From the NCBI GenBank assembly GCA_016182915.1, contig JACPFP010000003.1:315685-379684 (forward strand): a stretch of 64,000 nucleotides of DNA, given 5' to 3'. A model generated the notes under the pieces. The model searched no databases. It was not told the DNA's origin and saw only the letters and a program-made list of their open reading frames with translations. Both the position numbers and the translations under genes were made by a program. Numbering within the stretch: the first letter of the stretch is position 1; each line of letters begins with the position of its first letter. Of this stretch, positions 1 through 10,152 are shown in pieces. The stretch is from Candidatus Dojkabacteria bacterium. GTDB taxonomy: Bacteria > Patescibacteriota > Dojkabacteria > SC72.

Positions 1-471
1 GCCTGTGTAATCTACATCAAGTTCCACCACCCATTCACCATTTGAAGTTCCAAAATCTGTAGCAGTCGGTCCACTTAAAATAGAAACTGCTGGGACTGGC
101 CCTCCACTAATAGCACTTACCCCGACTAACGAAAAGTAGTTATCAAAAAAAAGACATGTTCCATCATCTCCTGTAAACCGAACCTCAACCTGACCATTTG
201 AAGGACCATGCGTAGCTTCAAGAACAAATTGGAAGTTAATAAAATCCTCTTCCGCATATTGAGTAATATTACCTGATGTATAAGTCCCATCAGATTTCTG
301 ACCACTATGTTCTTTTGCGGTTATCTTTGTTGGGCTTGCAAATACCTCACTAATACTTCCCTGTATTGCATACATAGAAGGAATGAGTGTGTAACTTTGC
401 ATTATAAGCAATACGAATATTGAGTAAATACTCTGTCTGTACTTACCGAGAAGCTTGAAGATATTCTTCAT
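1..471 (-). CDS. N-terminal part of a secreted/surface protein (runs off the window edge)
   Basis: Not in ORF track; manual translation from ATG at 471: MKNIFKLLGKYRQSIYSIFVLLIMQSY... basic N-terminus, hydrophobic stretch, then G/S/T-rich beta-type sequence, open to position 1. Confidence 0.7.
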   Translation of the reverse strand, partial: MKNIFKLLGKYRQSIYSIFVLLIMQSYTLIPSMYAIQGSISEVFASPTKITAKEHSGQKSDGTYTSGNITQYAEEDFINFQFVLEATHGPSNGQVEVRFTGDDGTCLFFDNYFSLVGVSAISGGPVPAVSILSGPTATDFGTSNGEWVVELDVDYTG

Positions 472-688
472 ATTTATTGAGGTCTGTAATCAAATTATAA
501 TTACACGAGATTATATAGCTACAACCATAACTTTGCAATATGTTATAGGACTGAAATTTCATCTAAGTTTAAGGTATACATTCCTAAACCTTATATTATA
601 GGCAATAGCTTTTAACCACATAGGCATATAACATCACTATAAGATACGTCCGAATGGATAAATAAAACCCCTTAAGAGACAATACTAC

Positions 689-1759
689 TTACTTTATCAA
701 CACTTCGTGTAACTGTTTTATGAATTGCACGATTACTGCCGAAGCATAAAGACTGTAACTTGGAATACCATCATCGTCATTTACAATCCATTCTACGTCC
801 TTTGTAATAACACTTTGGTTTTTTTCATCCCAACTAAAGCTCTTATTCCTTGTTAACTCATACGAATCTACATTATCAAGAGCTCCTTCAACTGGAATAG
901 AGTTTCTCAGGTATATTTTAGGAATACCATATAGTTTCATTGTCTCTCTTATTAGCTTATCGTCAGCTTCTAGTCTATCCCTTATAAGTTCTAGACCTTT
1001 TTCATCCCCCTCCTTGGATAACATCTTTACAGGCTCACATTCAGGATTATCACAGAGAAGATAGAACTCTTTCTTCTTTTTATCGTATTCAACCTTTGAT
1101 GTTGGAAGGAGTTTTAAATTTCTAGAGGTATTACACTTTGGACATACCACTCTATATTTTATTCTCTCATCTATTACCTGTTCAGGAAGATCTATAAACA
1201 CAAAAACGTCAGGATCATTTCTGTAATCAACAAGTTCTCTAAAATATAGGGAGTATGAGACCTGATCCATACTTCTAGGAAAGCCATCAATGAAAAGGAC
1301 CTTACCCTTATTTTTATCTATCTCCCTTTTAACGAGACCAAGTATGAATTCAGTTGGGAGGAGCTTAGATGTACTTCTTCCTAAGAAGGCATCAAAGGCA
1401 TCGTCCAGAGATATAAATCCACGGTAGTTCTTCTCCATATACTCTCTAAGTTCACTCATCTTGCTTTCATCCCCTTTTATCTCATCAGCCGCTCTCACAA
1501 TATCACCCACTGAAAGATGAACAGCACTCTCCCTTCCAAATATCTCCATGAATAGTTTTGAGTATGTCCCTTTACCCGCTAGTTTCTTTCCCATCATATA
1601 GGCAATAAAGGTTTGTTTCTTCATAAAGGCCTTAATATCATCTATCTCTCTTCCAACCTTCTCCCTAAAATACTTCTTCCTATCCTCAACATTGTTTAAA
1701 TCATATGTAGTCTTGGAATCATTCTTTGTTTTAATAATTGGGAAAGATATTCCTTTCAT
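689..1759 (-). CDS. Long adenylate/NMP-kinase-family protein
   Basis: P-loop GKKLAGKGT, HLSVGD, IDGFPR, Zn-lid CPKC...CDNPEC; N- and C-terminal extensions. Confidence 0.8.
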   Translation of the reverse strand: MKGISFPIIKTKNDSKTTYDLNNVEDRKKYFREKVGREIDDIKAFMKKQTFIAYMMGKKLAGKGTYSKLFMEIFGRESAVHLSVGDIVRAADEIKGDESKMSELREYMEKNYRGFISLDDAFDAFLGRSTSKLLPTEFILGLVKREIDKNKGKVLFIDGFPRSMDQVSYSLYFRELVDYRNDPDVFVFIDLPEQVIDERIKYRVVCPKCNTSRNLKLLPTSKVEYDKKKKEFYLLCDNPECEPVKMLSKEGDEKGLELIRDRLEADDKLIRETMKLYGIPKIYLRNSIPVEGALDNVDSYELTRNKSFSWDEKNQSVITKDVEWIVNDDDGIPSYSLYASAVIVQFIKQLHEVLIK

Positions 1760-1853
1760 AGGATTTGTACTAATTTTATGTTAAGCCAGTTTACCAAAGC
1801 ATATCGTAATAGACAAATGATAGAATGTGAAAAATACTTAATGTACATCCAGG

Positions 1854-2276
1854 ATGCACATCTATGAATTCGCAGACATGATTGGGGGAAAGATAAGGAA
1901 GTATGATCCTCATGAACTTGCAGAAATTAGGGAGAGACTATCAAATCCACAATATGTTAACAAAGAATATACTCAGATCTGTGAAAACTCTAAACTAATT
2001 GCAGATGCAAAAGGTGATGAAATAGTAGCCATACTTTCCTGTAATTCAGATTCAACACTCATCGTCCGCTATGACCTGATTGCTTTTCTCGGAAACTTTG
2101 AGGAAATTAAGGAAATACTAAATTGTACAGCGGGAATTATATTTCTTTCGGCAAGGCTTCCCACAGAAATAACCACCGGATTAGATTTTACATATATTTG
2201 TCTTGAAGGAGACTTTGAAGTGATTGTTGAAAGTTCAGAAGACGAAATAAACATATCTTATGGATCAGTCAAGTAA
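1854..2276 (+). CDS. Hypothetical protein (likely paralog of 3298..3744)
   Basis: 140-aa ORF; similarity by eye to 3298..3744. Confidence 0.6.
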   Translation: MHIYEFADMIGGKIRKYDPHELAEIRERLSNPQYVNKEYTQICENSKLIADAKGDEIVAILSCNSDSTLIVRYDLIAFLGNFEEIKEILNCTAGIIFLSARLPTEITTGLDFTYICLEGDFEVIVESSEDEINISYGSVK

Positions 2277-2323
2277 TCCCATAGTGTTTATTAATCCCCT
2301 GATATTAGGTATAATTAAAGTCT

Positions 2324-3298
2324 ATGAGCAGCGCTTTCATAAATACAATAGGAATAGGAACTATATTACTCGCAACAACTGCTTGCGGTGAGTCCACACC
2401 TCCGTATGAGCCCTCTATTATAAAAGAATTTGAAGGGGTAACTTTTCTAAGCTTAGTAAAGGACCATAATCTAAGTGACACTGAAATCCAAGCGATTATG
2501 GATGCACGAAGCTACTTTTTGGATACATTACAATGTGAAGGACCAATCGGGGGTAAGGTTGCCATAGTTGTATTTGATGAAGCAACTTTTCCGGAAGGAC
2601 TTGAAGATTATATGGCATCACCATCTAATAGGTATGAGGGTATAACTATGGAATCAGATATTATCGGATACTATGCATCCCCGCTTTTCAATAAACTAGT
2701 TGAACTACGAGTTATAGATCCTTATGCAATTAGTTCAGTAATATTGGTTAAAAATAATACATCTCATCCGCAAGATGAAGTTGGAATCCATGAAATAGTA
2801 CATTCAGTTTGCCAAGGTGCTGTCAGACTTGAATATCAAAATAATCTTCGACAGGTTCAACTTCCTGGAGAAAAAGTTGAAGTCTCAACTTCAAAGAGTC
2901 ACGTCTTTACAGTTAAATATGAAAATGGTGCACTAATGACTCTAAAGGCACATCTCGAATTACACGCCAGAATGTTGGATATGTCGGCAAGAGAGCATCA
3001 GGTCTATCAGATGGCAGCTGGGACAATAAGTATACCATCACAGGATATTTTAAATCTTTCTCCTGATTATCCATACGAAAGAGGAATTCAAACATTAGTA
3101 TCGAACCTAGCAGGCTATGGTGTAACCACAGACTCCCTCTTCAACGACCTATTTATCCCCTTTTCTGTTAACGGCTCTGAAGAACTTTATAATTATGCCC
3201 AAAAGTTAGATCCAGGTAATCCCGATCTGGCTTTTAGTATAATTATAAATTCAATCCTACAGATACAGAATGATATAGTTGAATATGTTAATCAGTAA
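2324..3298 (+). CDS. Putative exported/lipoprotein zinc metallopeptidase
   Basis: Hydrophobic N-terminus ending LATTAC (Cys21), HEIVH motif, downstream ELHA as candidate third ligand. Confidence 0.55.
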   Translation: MSSAFINTIGIGTILLATTACGESTPPYEPSIIKEFEGVTFLSLVKDHNLSDTEIQAIMDARSYFLDTLQCEGPIGGKVAIVVFDEATFPEGLEDYMASPSNRYEGITMESDIIGYYASPLFNKLVELRVIDPYAISSVILVKNNTSHPQDEVGIHEIVHSVCQGAVRLEYQNNLRQVQLPGEKVEVSTSKSHVFTVKYENGALMTLKAHLELHARMLDMSAREHQVYQMAAGTISIPSQDILNLSPDYPYERGIQTLVSNLAGYGVTTDSLFNDLFIPFSVNGSEELYNYAQKLDPGNPDLAFSIIINSILQIQNDIVEYVNQ

Positions 3299-3744
3299 TG
3301 GGAATATTAGTTGAGGATATAGGACAGCTTCTAGAAACAAGTATAACCAGAAGAGATTCTTCTTACGTTTCAGAAAGATTTGAAGCACTTGCTAACAAAT
3401 GTGTCCCTCTCATGATAGAAAACGGAGAATCTCTGGAACTCTCAGATGGTGGAGTATACAGTATCCATGTTGATAAAGGAGAAAGAGAAATAATGGGAAT
3501 CTTTTTGAGAGATGATGGCACACAATTCATCTATAAGGCAGATGTGATACTTTTTGAAGAGGATCTCCAAAGGTTAGTTGCAAAGGAAAGGATACATAGT
3601 GCACTCATATTACAAACCTATATAGCGGATAGAAGTATGATTGAGGATCTTATACCAAGGACTGCATTTAGAGGGGAGCCAGACTCCTTTGAGGTTCTAA
3701 TAGATTTCAGAAATCCGTGTGACACTTCAATTATCTACGGATAG
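3298..3744 (+). CDS. Hypothetical protein (likely paralog of 1854..2276)
   Basis: 148-aa ORF coupled by TAATG overlap to the peptidase gene. Confidence 0.6.
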   Translation: MGILVEDIGQLLETSITRRDSSYVSERFEALANKCVPLMIENGESLELSDGGVYSIHVDKGEREIMGIFLRDDGTQFIYKADVILFEEDLQRLVAKERIHSALILQTYIADRSMIEDLIPRTAFRGEPDSFEVLIDFRNPCDTSIIYG

Positions 3745-3746
3745 AT

Positions 3747-4127
3747 TTAGAAAATCTTCGTGAAGAGAAACTCTACAAAAGGTTCATAGAGAATAATAAT
3801 ACCAACAGCAACAGCAAGAAGGGCTCCAAGGAGTACAACTCCAGACATAATATCTTTGATAATACCAACTTCCGGATTTCTATCTGGATATAACACATCT
3901 AGAACTCTTTCAATACTTGTATTAATCATCTCAAGAATGATTACAAAGAAACATGCGGTTACAATAACAAGCATCTCTAGCTTGGTAACCTGAAGAATAA
4001 TTGCGACGGTAACGATTACTACTGAGACTGCTAACTGAATCCTTGAATTTCTTTCCTTTAAAAGCCCATGTAATAGTCCTCTTGATGCGATTGCAAAGCT
4101 ATTTGCTAATGTCTGTTTAGGTTTCAT
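3747..4127 (-). CDS. dgkA: Diacylglycerol/undecaprenol kinase family protein
   Basis: ERNSRIQ, EMINTSIERVLD, IIKDIMSGVVL motifs, 3 TM helices; start moved to MKPKQ (4127), 6 nt after TATAAT. Confidence 0.85.
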   Translation of the reverse strand: MKPKQTLANSFAIASRGLLHGLLKERNSRIQLAVSVVIVTVAIILQVTKLEMLVIVTACFFVIILEMINTSIERVLDVLYPDRNPEVGIIKDIMSGVVLLGALLAVAVGIIILYEPFVEFLFTKIF

Positions 4128-4278
4128 AAGGGTATTATATAACGTTTGATATCTCATCTCCACATATTATCCCAGCGTATACCGTAAGTATATCCAATCT
4201 ACCCATATAGATATACATTTTTAATTAATATTTAAAATATCTGATACAATGAAAACGTAAACTTATAGATCCAGAAAT

Positions 4279-5142
4279 ATGAAAGACAAATATAGTGCAG
4301 TATGGGTATCACACTCATCGATTACCGATTTCTTAAAATGCCCTCGTGCATACTATCTTAAGAATGTATATAAGGAGAAGGAGAGTGGAAATAAGATTCA
4401 AATTGTTAACCCTTCCCTCTCACTGGGACAGGTAGTACATGAGGTTATAGAATCACTCTCAGTTATACCCACAGACAGGAGGTTTGAGACTCCTTTAGTT
4501 GATCTATACCATGAAGCCTGGAGGAAGGTATCAGGAAAAAGAGGTGGATTTATGAACAGCTCAATTGAGAATGACTTTAAAGAGAGGGGAATTAGAATGT
4601 TAGATAGAATCAGGAAGAATCCCGGACCTCTTAAAAACCTTGCGGTAAAGATAGAGATGGAACTTCCACAGTTCTGGATATCGGAAGATGAAAATATAAT
4701 CCTCTGCGGTAAGATTGACTGGCTGGAGTACTTTAAAGATACGGACTCCGTACATATTATAGATTTTAAGACGAGTTTGGAGAATAAGGAAGACCCAGAT
4801 TCCCTCCAACTACCTATCTACCATCTTCTTGTTAAAAATACTCAAAAGAGAGAAGTCACAAAAGCAAGTTACTGGTATCTTGAACAGGATGATGCCCCTA
4901 TTGAAAAGGAGCTTCCTGATTACGAAGAATCCCTTACAAAAGTATTAACAATTGCACGAAAGATGAAACTTGCAAGACAGCTAGAGAGTTTTAATTGTCC
5001 AAACGGAAAAGAGGGATGTAGAGAATGTAAACCAATGGAGAGAATTATCAACGGAGAAGGAGAGTTGGTTGCCCAAGAAAATAAACGAGATATATATGTA
5101 CTAAACTATAAGGATGAGAAACCAGAGGGTATGATACTGTAG
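4279..5142 (+). CDS. PD-(D/E)XK nuclease, RecB/AddB/Cas4-like
   Basis: SHSSI...CPRAYY, GQVVH, GKIDW, IIDFKT, QLPIY, and C-terminal C..CREC (split 4-Cys Fe-S staple). Confidence 0.85.
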   Translation: MKDKYSAVWVSHSSITDFLKCPRAYYLKNVYKEKESGNKIQIVNPSLSLGQVVHEVIESLSVIPTDRRFETPLVDLYHEAWRKVSGKRGGFMNSSIENDFKERGIRMLDRIRKNPGPLKNLAVKIEMELPQFWISEDENIILCGKIDWLEYFKDTDSVHIIDFKTSLENKEDPDSLQLPIYHLLVKNTQKREVTKASYWYLEQDDAPIEKELPDYEESLTKVLTIARKMKLARQLESFNCPNGKEGCRECKPMERIINGEGELVAQENKRDIYVLNYKDEKPEGMIL

Positions 5143-5182
5143 TACCACCTTCCTCTGGTTATATTTTCAAATCTTGATTCAC

Positions 5183-5938
5183 TTAATCGTTTTCAACTTC
5201 AACCTCGTCCTCCGTCTCTACTTCATCTTCACCATCCTTTTCATCATCACTGGCAGAATCATCTTCGTTCTCGGTCTCATTCTCTTCTACATCTTCACCC
5301 TCATCATTTCCATCCTTCCTATCCTCCCCTTCCTGTTCTCTTTCCTCCCTTTCTTGTCTCCTTTCTTCTTCTCTCTCAAGTTTCTTTTCTAAGGCCTCTC
5401 TTCTCAACTCTTCAACTTTCTCTTTCTGTTCTTCTAACTTCTTCTCTAGTGTATTATCAAGATCAGTTAACTTATCCATTCTCTCGCCCTTTTTCTCTAA
5501 AATATCGTAATACCTTTTCTCTATCTTCTCCCATCTTTCTTGAGAGATCTCACCATTTTCATATTTAGCAAGAAGCTCTAAATACCACTCTTCAAGTCTC
5601 TGCTGCTGTTTTGCAATCTGCTCAATCGCAATGTTTAATCCTTTAATACTTCCATATGACTCTTCAGTTATATCTTCCCCCTCTTCTGTATTCTCTGCCT
5701 TTATCTCTTCAAGCTCTGCCACTCTCTCCTCCATATTCTCAAACTCAACCTCTACTTTTCCTTCATCTGTGAACGTAAGAGCAAGTCTTGCCTGTTCAGC
5801 AAGGATGTCCGCAGGGTATAGGAGATCACCCGGTTTGGCATCATCTGAGGCATAAACTGTTACAGTTCCAAGAAGTGTAACTCCAACAAGTGACATTAAT
5901 GCAATTGCAATTGGTTTTGATACTGACGTTTTTCCCAT
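5183..5938 (-). CDS. DUF5667-like secreted coiled-coil protein with acidic tail
   Basis: Signal peptide, AKPGDLLYP..ILAEQARL...ERVAE motif, E/D-rich C-terminus. Confidence 0.7.
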   Translation of the reverse strand: MGKTSVSKPIAIALMSLVGVTLLGTVTVYASDDAKPGDLLYPADILAEQARLALTFTDEGKVEVEFENMEERVAELEEIKAENTEEGEDITEESYGSIKGLNIAIEQIAKQQQRLEEWYLELLAKYENGEISQERWEKIEKRYYDILEKKGERMDKLTDLDNTLEKKLEEQKEKVEELRREALEKKLEREEERRQEREEREQEGEDRKDGNDEGEDVEENETENEDDSASDDEKDGEDEVETEDEVEVEND

Positions 5939-6119
5939 TATATTCTCTACAAAATAATTTTATATAGATAATATAAGTATAGACATAGATTAAAGTATAT
6001 GACAAGAGCAGAGATGTGTTGCGAGATTAGGATTTATAATACCCCCCTCTTTATACCGTTATCCCTCTTGCACTCTGTGATAGAATGAATATGAGATTAA
6101 TTCTAAAACCACATAAAAC

Positions 6120-7112
6120 ATGGACAACATAGAAAAGATTATAGTTATAGGTGGAGGACCTGCAGGACTTGCAGCTGCTCTATATGCTTCTCGTGCAATG
6201 CTAAACCCATTAGTTGTAGAAGGCTTCCCAGCGGGAGGACAACTAACTCTTACCTCTGATGTTGAAAACTACCCTGGCTTTCCAGATGGTATTCTTGGAC
6301 CTGACTTAATTAAAAAATTCAGAGATCAAACCCTTAGATTTAATACAAGGTTTGTATCTGAGAATGTAAAAACGGTTGTTAAAAAAGAAAATGTATTCTA
6401 CATAACTACCGACAGTGGAAAAGAGTTCAAAGCCCGAAGCGTAATTGTTACAACAGGCGCAGATGCAAAATGGCTAGGACTTGAATCCGAACAAAAACTA
6501 AGAGGAAAAGGCGTTAGTGCGTGTGCAACATGCGATGGATTTTTCTTTAAGGATAAAGAGGTGGCTGTTGTTGGTGGAGGAGATTCTGCCATGGAGGAGG
6601 CAACCTTCCTCACCAAGTTCGCAAGCAAAGTGACTATAATTCATAGGAGGAATGAGTTTAGAGCTTCTAAAATTATGCAGCAGAGAGCCCTTGATAATCC
6701 AAAGATAGAGATAATGTACAACAGTGAGGTTAAAGAGGTAATTGGTGAGAATGCGGTAGAAGGATTAAAGATTGAAATTACAAATGCAGATGGGAATAAA
6801 GAGGAGAAGGTACTCAATGTTCAAGGTCTCTTCCTTGCAATTGGTCATATTCCAACCACATATTTCTTAAAAGAGAGTGGTGCCCTTCTTGATGAGAAAG
6901 GATATCTGTATACATCAGATATAGTAGCGTTAGAACAGAAAACAGATCTACAACCTCAATTCAATTTTGAGTTTAGATACGCTACAAATATACCTGGTCT
7001 TTTTGCCGCCGGTGATTGTACAGATTATCAGTATAAACAGGCGGGAACGGCAGTTGGCATGGGAATTGCCGCGGAGTTGGAAGTAGAGAGATATTTAAGC
7101 GAGAAAGAATAG
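6120..7112 (+). CDS. trxB: Thioredoxin reductase
   Basis: GGGPAG, VENYPGF, CATCDG, GGGDSAMEEA, FAAGD. Confidence 0.97.
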   Translation: MDNIEKIIVIGGGPAGLAAALYASRAMLNPLVVEGFPAGGQLTLTSDVENYPGFPDGILGPDLIKKFRDQTLRFNTRFVSENVKTVVKKENVFYITTDSGKEFKARSVIVTTGADAKWLGLESEQKLRGKGVSACATCDGFFFKDKEVAVVGGGDSAMEEATFLTKFASKVTIIHRRNEFRASKIMQQRALDNPKIEIMYNSEVKEVIGENAVEGLKIEITNADGNKEEKVLNVQGLFLAIGHIPTTYFLKESGALLDEKGYLYTSDIVALEQKTDLQPQFNFEFRYATNIPGLFAAGDCTDYQYKQAGTAVGMGIAAELEVERYLSEKE

Positions 7113-7115
7113 TAG

Positions 7116-8714
7116 ATGGCACTGACCCCAATCGAGAAAAATACACCTCAAGAAGATACCTTTCCTGAATATTCCCTTACCCCAATAGATAGTTCTGTCG
7201 CTAGGAGAAACACCAAACAGGAGATCAAAACCGGTAACACCGAAAACTACTTCTATAAGAATATATTTGCACTAAGAAAGATACTCGATGGACTTAGAGG
7301 GACCGGGAAACCTGTTGAAGAATGTACAGACGAAATCATTGAGGAAGATAGGAGGAAACAGTCTGAGACCGACGTTGAGGTCATAAAAAACAATGTTGAA
7401 AATCCTCTTGGAGAAGTAAAAGGAGCCTTGGATATACCGTTTATAAGTGATCAACATATGGTGAATAAGCCAGGGGAAGTAGTTAGAACATATGCACTAG
7501 AGAAAAAAGGAAGTATAGGGTACAAAATCATCCACTGGATTGAAACTGGCATATATAAGGTAAAGGAATACTTCAATAAAAGTGAGCTGAGAAATAGAGG
7601 ATTCCAATCTTTTATAGAAATCCTCCCAACCATACTTGAAACACCAGAGGAAGAACTTGGGGAACAGTTTGAGAAACTCCAAGAGAGCGTTGGAGACGCT
7701 GAGGTATTTAAGTGGGCATGGAATAGAGCTGTAATATTCAGGAAGAAATGGAGTAATCCAGAGTTGCAGGAACAGCTACTAAAGGAGCTGTCAAAGGAAG
7801 ATGAGGATAAGGCAAAAGAGAAAGTCTCTATGAAGGAATGGGGAGTGAGTAAAATATGGCAGATAAGAAATAGTGCATTGAAAATATTTCTGCCGAAACT
7901 CTTTGAGAGTTCACTTAAAGATAGAAAAGATACTACCCTTCTCTTCATGAGCGGTGGGGATGAAGCACATGATGGAGGACTTCTAAGTGATCATACACAG
8001 GTTCGAGACATATACTACAGTATGCTTAAAGGTATAGATTACGCCAAGAAATTCCTTGGCTATATTGGAGGAAACCATGATCAGGATGCGAGAGAGCCTA
8101 AAAATCTGAAAGAGTTAAATAAGTACTACGGTAGTAGAATCTTCTATCAAGAGGTTTTTCCTAAAGATGAGGATGGAAAGAAAAATCTGGTGGTGGGGTT
8201 AAATACCTTCATTATGGCAGAGGAGTGGGGAGAGGTATTAGAATTATATCTTGAGAAGGGAGATATTCAGATAGGCGAAGATACAAAGACATACCTTAGG
8301 GAGATGAAAATCCAAATGGAAAAAGATCAGAAAGCTGTTTATGAGAAGATGGCTAGTTTCGAAGGGAATAGTATTATCATTCACGCACATAACTCAAGAA
8401 GATTTATGAGCTACCTAGAAAGAAATCCTGATATCAAGTTTAAGGATAATGTACAGATAAAGATAATCAGCGGACATACACATGAGGACAGTAACTTCAG
8501 AGCCCTACTTGATCTACCAAATAGTGATGGGAAGAGATTAGTCGAGGTATATAAAAGTTCGGGGTTTATAAAGATCAATGGCGAAGGGATGAGACTTCCC
8601 AAGGGGTTAATCACGGAAATAGATGATAAGGGAAATGTTAGGATAAAATCCGTGGAATTCAGTCAGATTCAGAAGGATGAGTACAGTAAATCACTGGGGG
8701 TGAAAGTTCTCTAG
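7116..8714 (+). CDS. Calcineurin-like metallophosphoesterase with large insertion
   Basis: Motifs ISDQH, GGD..HD, GNHD, HAH, SGHTH in order. Confidence 0.7.
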   Translation: MALTPIEKNTPQEDTFPEYSLTPIDSSVARRNTKQEIKTGNTENYFYKNIFALRKILDGLRGTGKPVEECTDEIIEEDRRKQSETDVEVIKNNVENPLGEVKGALDIPFISDQHMVNKPGEVVRTYALEKKGSIGYKIIHWIETGIYKVKEYFNKSELRNRGFQSFIEILPTILETPEEELGEQFEKLQESVGDAEVFKWAWNRAVIFRKKWSNPELQEQLLKELSKEDEDKAKEKVSMKEWGVSKIWQIRNSALKIFLPKLFESSLKDRKDTTLLFMSGGDEAHDGGLLSDHTQVRDIYYSMLKGIDYAKKFLGYIGGNHDQDAREPKNLKELNKYYGSRIFYQEVFPKDEDGKKNLVVGLNTFIMAEEWGEVLELYLEKGDIQIGEDTKTYLREMKIQMEKDQKAVYEKMASFEGNSIIIHAHNSRRFMSYLERNPDIKFKDNVQIKIISGHTHEDSNFRALLDLPNSDGKRLVEVYKSSGFIKINGEGMRLPKGLITEIDDKGNVRIKSVEFSQIQKDEYSKSLGVKVL

Positions 8715-8799
8715 CTCACGAGGAAGTATATAATCATACTCAACAGAATAATTCCGTAAGTAATCAACGTATATTTAATAATGGCATCTAGTTGTTTTC

Positions 8800-10092
8800 T
8801 CATCTAAGTATAAAATCTTCCTTAATTATATTCCACGGAGCAATCCCCCCTTTTACAAAGGCTGGAGTCATCTCATCCATCATTGGCGTTGGTCCACATA
8901 TAAATACTTTAGTCTTCTTTAGGTCATACTCCTTAACGGCTTTATGTGAAAGAATTCCTTCAACATTTAGGCGCCCCTGTTTTGCCGAGAAGTTCGTAAC
9001 GATGGTTATATTCTCTCTGCTTCTAATCATGTGTTCTATCTCCTTAATATAATCCCCGTTATTTGCATCTTTTAGGGTATAGAAGAGCGTAACATTTCTC
9101 CTTCCCGTTTTTATCTCGTGCTCTAACATAGTTATAAATGGGGCTATACCAATTCCTCCTGCTACCCATATTAAATCCTTCCTGTCTTCTAACAGGTTTT
9201 CACCGAATTTCCCATGTGGTCCAATTAGTACCGCCATATCCCCTACTTCTAAATTTCCGACTGTATCAGTGAAGTCTCCAGACTTTTTTATAGACAACCT
9301 AATAATTCCCTCTTTTGATATTCCTGATATAGAGAAGGCGTGTTCCTCAGATGTAACATTTTTTCCTTTGAAAATAACGAATACAAATTGGCCTGGGAAT
9401 GGAAGTATCTTTTTTCTTTTAGGTTTTAGATATACTTCTACAATATCCCCTACAATCTTCGTTCGTAAAACCGAGTAGGTCCTTTTTGGAGCAAGGTATT
9501 TATACAGGAATCGTCTGTACAAGTATGAAAGCATTGCAAGAATGAGAAGGGATAGTATCCAGATTTTTAATGGAAGGAATCTAGCAATATCATTACTCAT
9601 CAAAATTACGTGAAGGAAGATGACAAAGAGAGGGATTCCCATATATCTATGTGTCATTATCCATATGTGATATGGGAGTTTTGAGTAGTATGTGAGAAGG
9701 AGAAGGCCAATATAGAGATACAAACCTAATACCCCAGTAGTATAAGGTAGAAACTCAGAAGGTAATGTGTAGAGTTTGAAGAGTTCCAAACTAGGGAATG
9801 ATTGAATAATCAGAAGCATAGGATGAGTCAGCATAAACAGAAAGGCAAGGCCTCCTATATTATGATGGGCCTGGTATGCAACATCCAATCCGTCAAAAAC
9901 CTTTTCAACTATTCGCGATCTAGTTGCAATAATGTAGTTAAGTGAAAGAAAGGTAGCAGCAAGAAGGGCAGAAAGTTGTGAAGCCGCAAGTAGCGCAGTC
10001 TGAAATCCTAGTTCCAGTCTAGCTAGTAGCCAAAGGGCTACTGTAATCATTACTATTATTCCAACTGGTATAGTACTTCTATATTTACGCAC
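8800..10092 (-). CDS. Ferric-reductase-like membrane flavocytochrome (TM + FAD/NAD-binding domains)
   Basis: His-containing TM helices, PGQF, EHAFSI, GPHG, AGGIGIAPF, ICGP. Confidence 0.9.
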   Translation of the reverse strand: MRKYRSTIPVGIIVMITVALWLLARLELGFQTALLAASQLSALLAATFLSLNYIIATRSRIVEKVFDGLDVAYQAHHNIGGLAFLFMLTHPMLLIIQSFPSLELFKLYTLPSEFLPYTTGVLGLYLYIGLLLLTYYSKLPYHIWIMTHRYMGIPLFVIFLHVILMSNDIARFLPLKIWILSLLILAMLSYLYRRFLYKYLAPKRTYSVLRTKIVGDIVEVYLKPKRKKILPFPGQFVFVIFKGKNVTSEEHAFSISGISKEGIIRLSIKKSGDFTDTVGNLEVGDMAVLIGPHGKFGENLLEDRKDLIWVAGGIGIAPFITMLEHEIKTGRRNVTLFYTLKDANNGDYIKEIEHMIRSRENITIVTNFSAKQGRLNVEGILSHKAVKEYDLKKTKVFICGPTPMMDEMTPAFVKGGIAPWNIIKEDFILR

Positions 10093-10152
10093 AGGTGTCT
10101 GATTTAATTTGTTTGATTCTAAATACTACCACAAAAAAGGGAATATGAATGT

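Noticed and set aside
4279-5142. CRISPR-Cas locus suggested by the Cas4-like nuclease
   Set aside because: No repeat-spacer array or other cas genes seen in the window
5174-5460. Low-complexity pyrimidine-rich tract and hydrophobic ORF 5174..5392
   Set aside because: Reverse complement of the Glu/Asp-rich tail of the DUF5667-like protein
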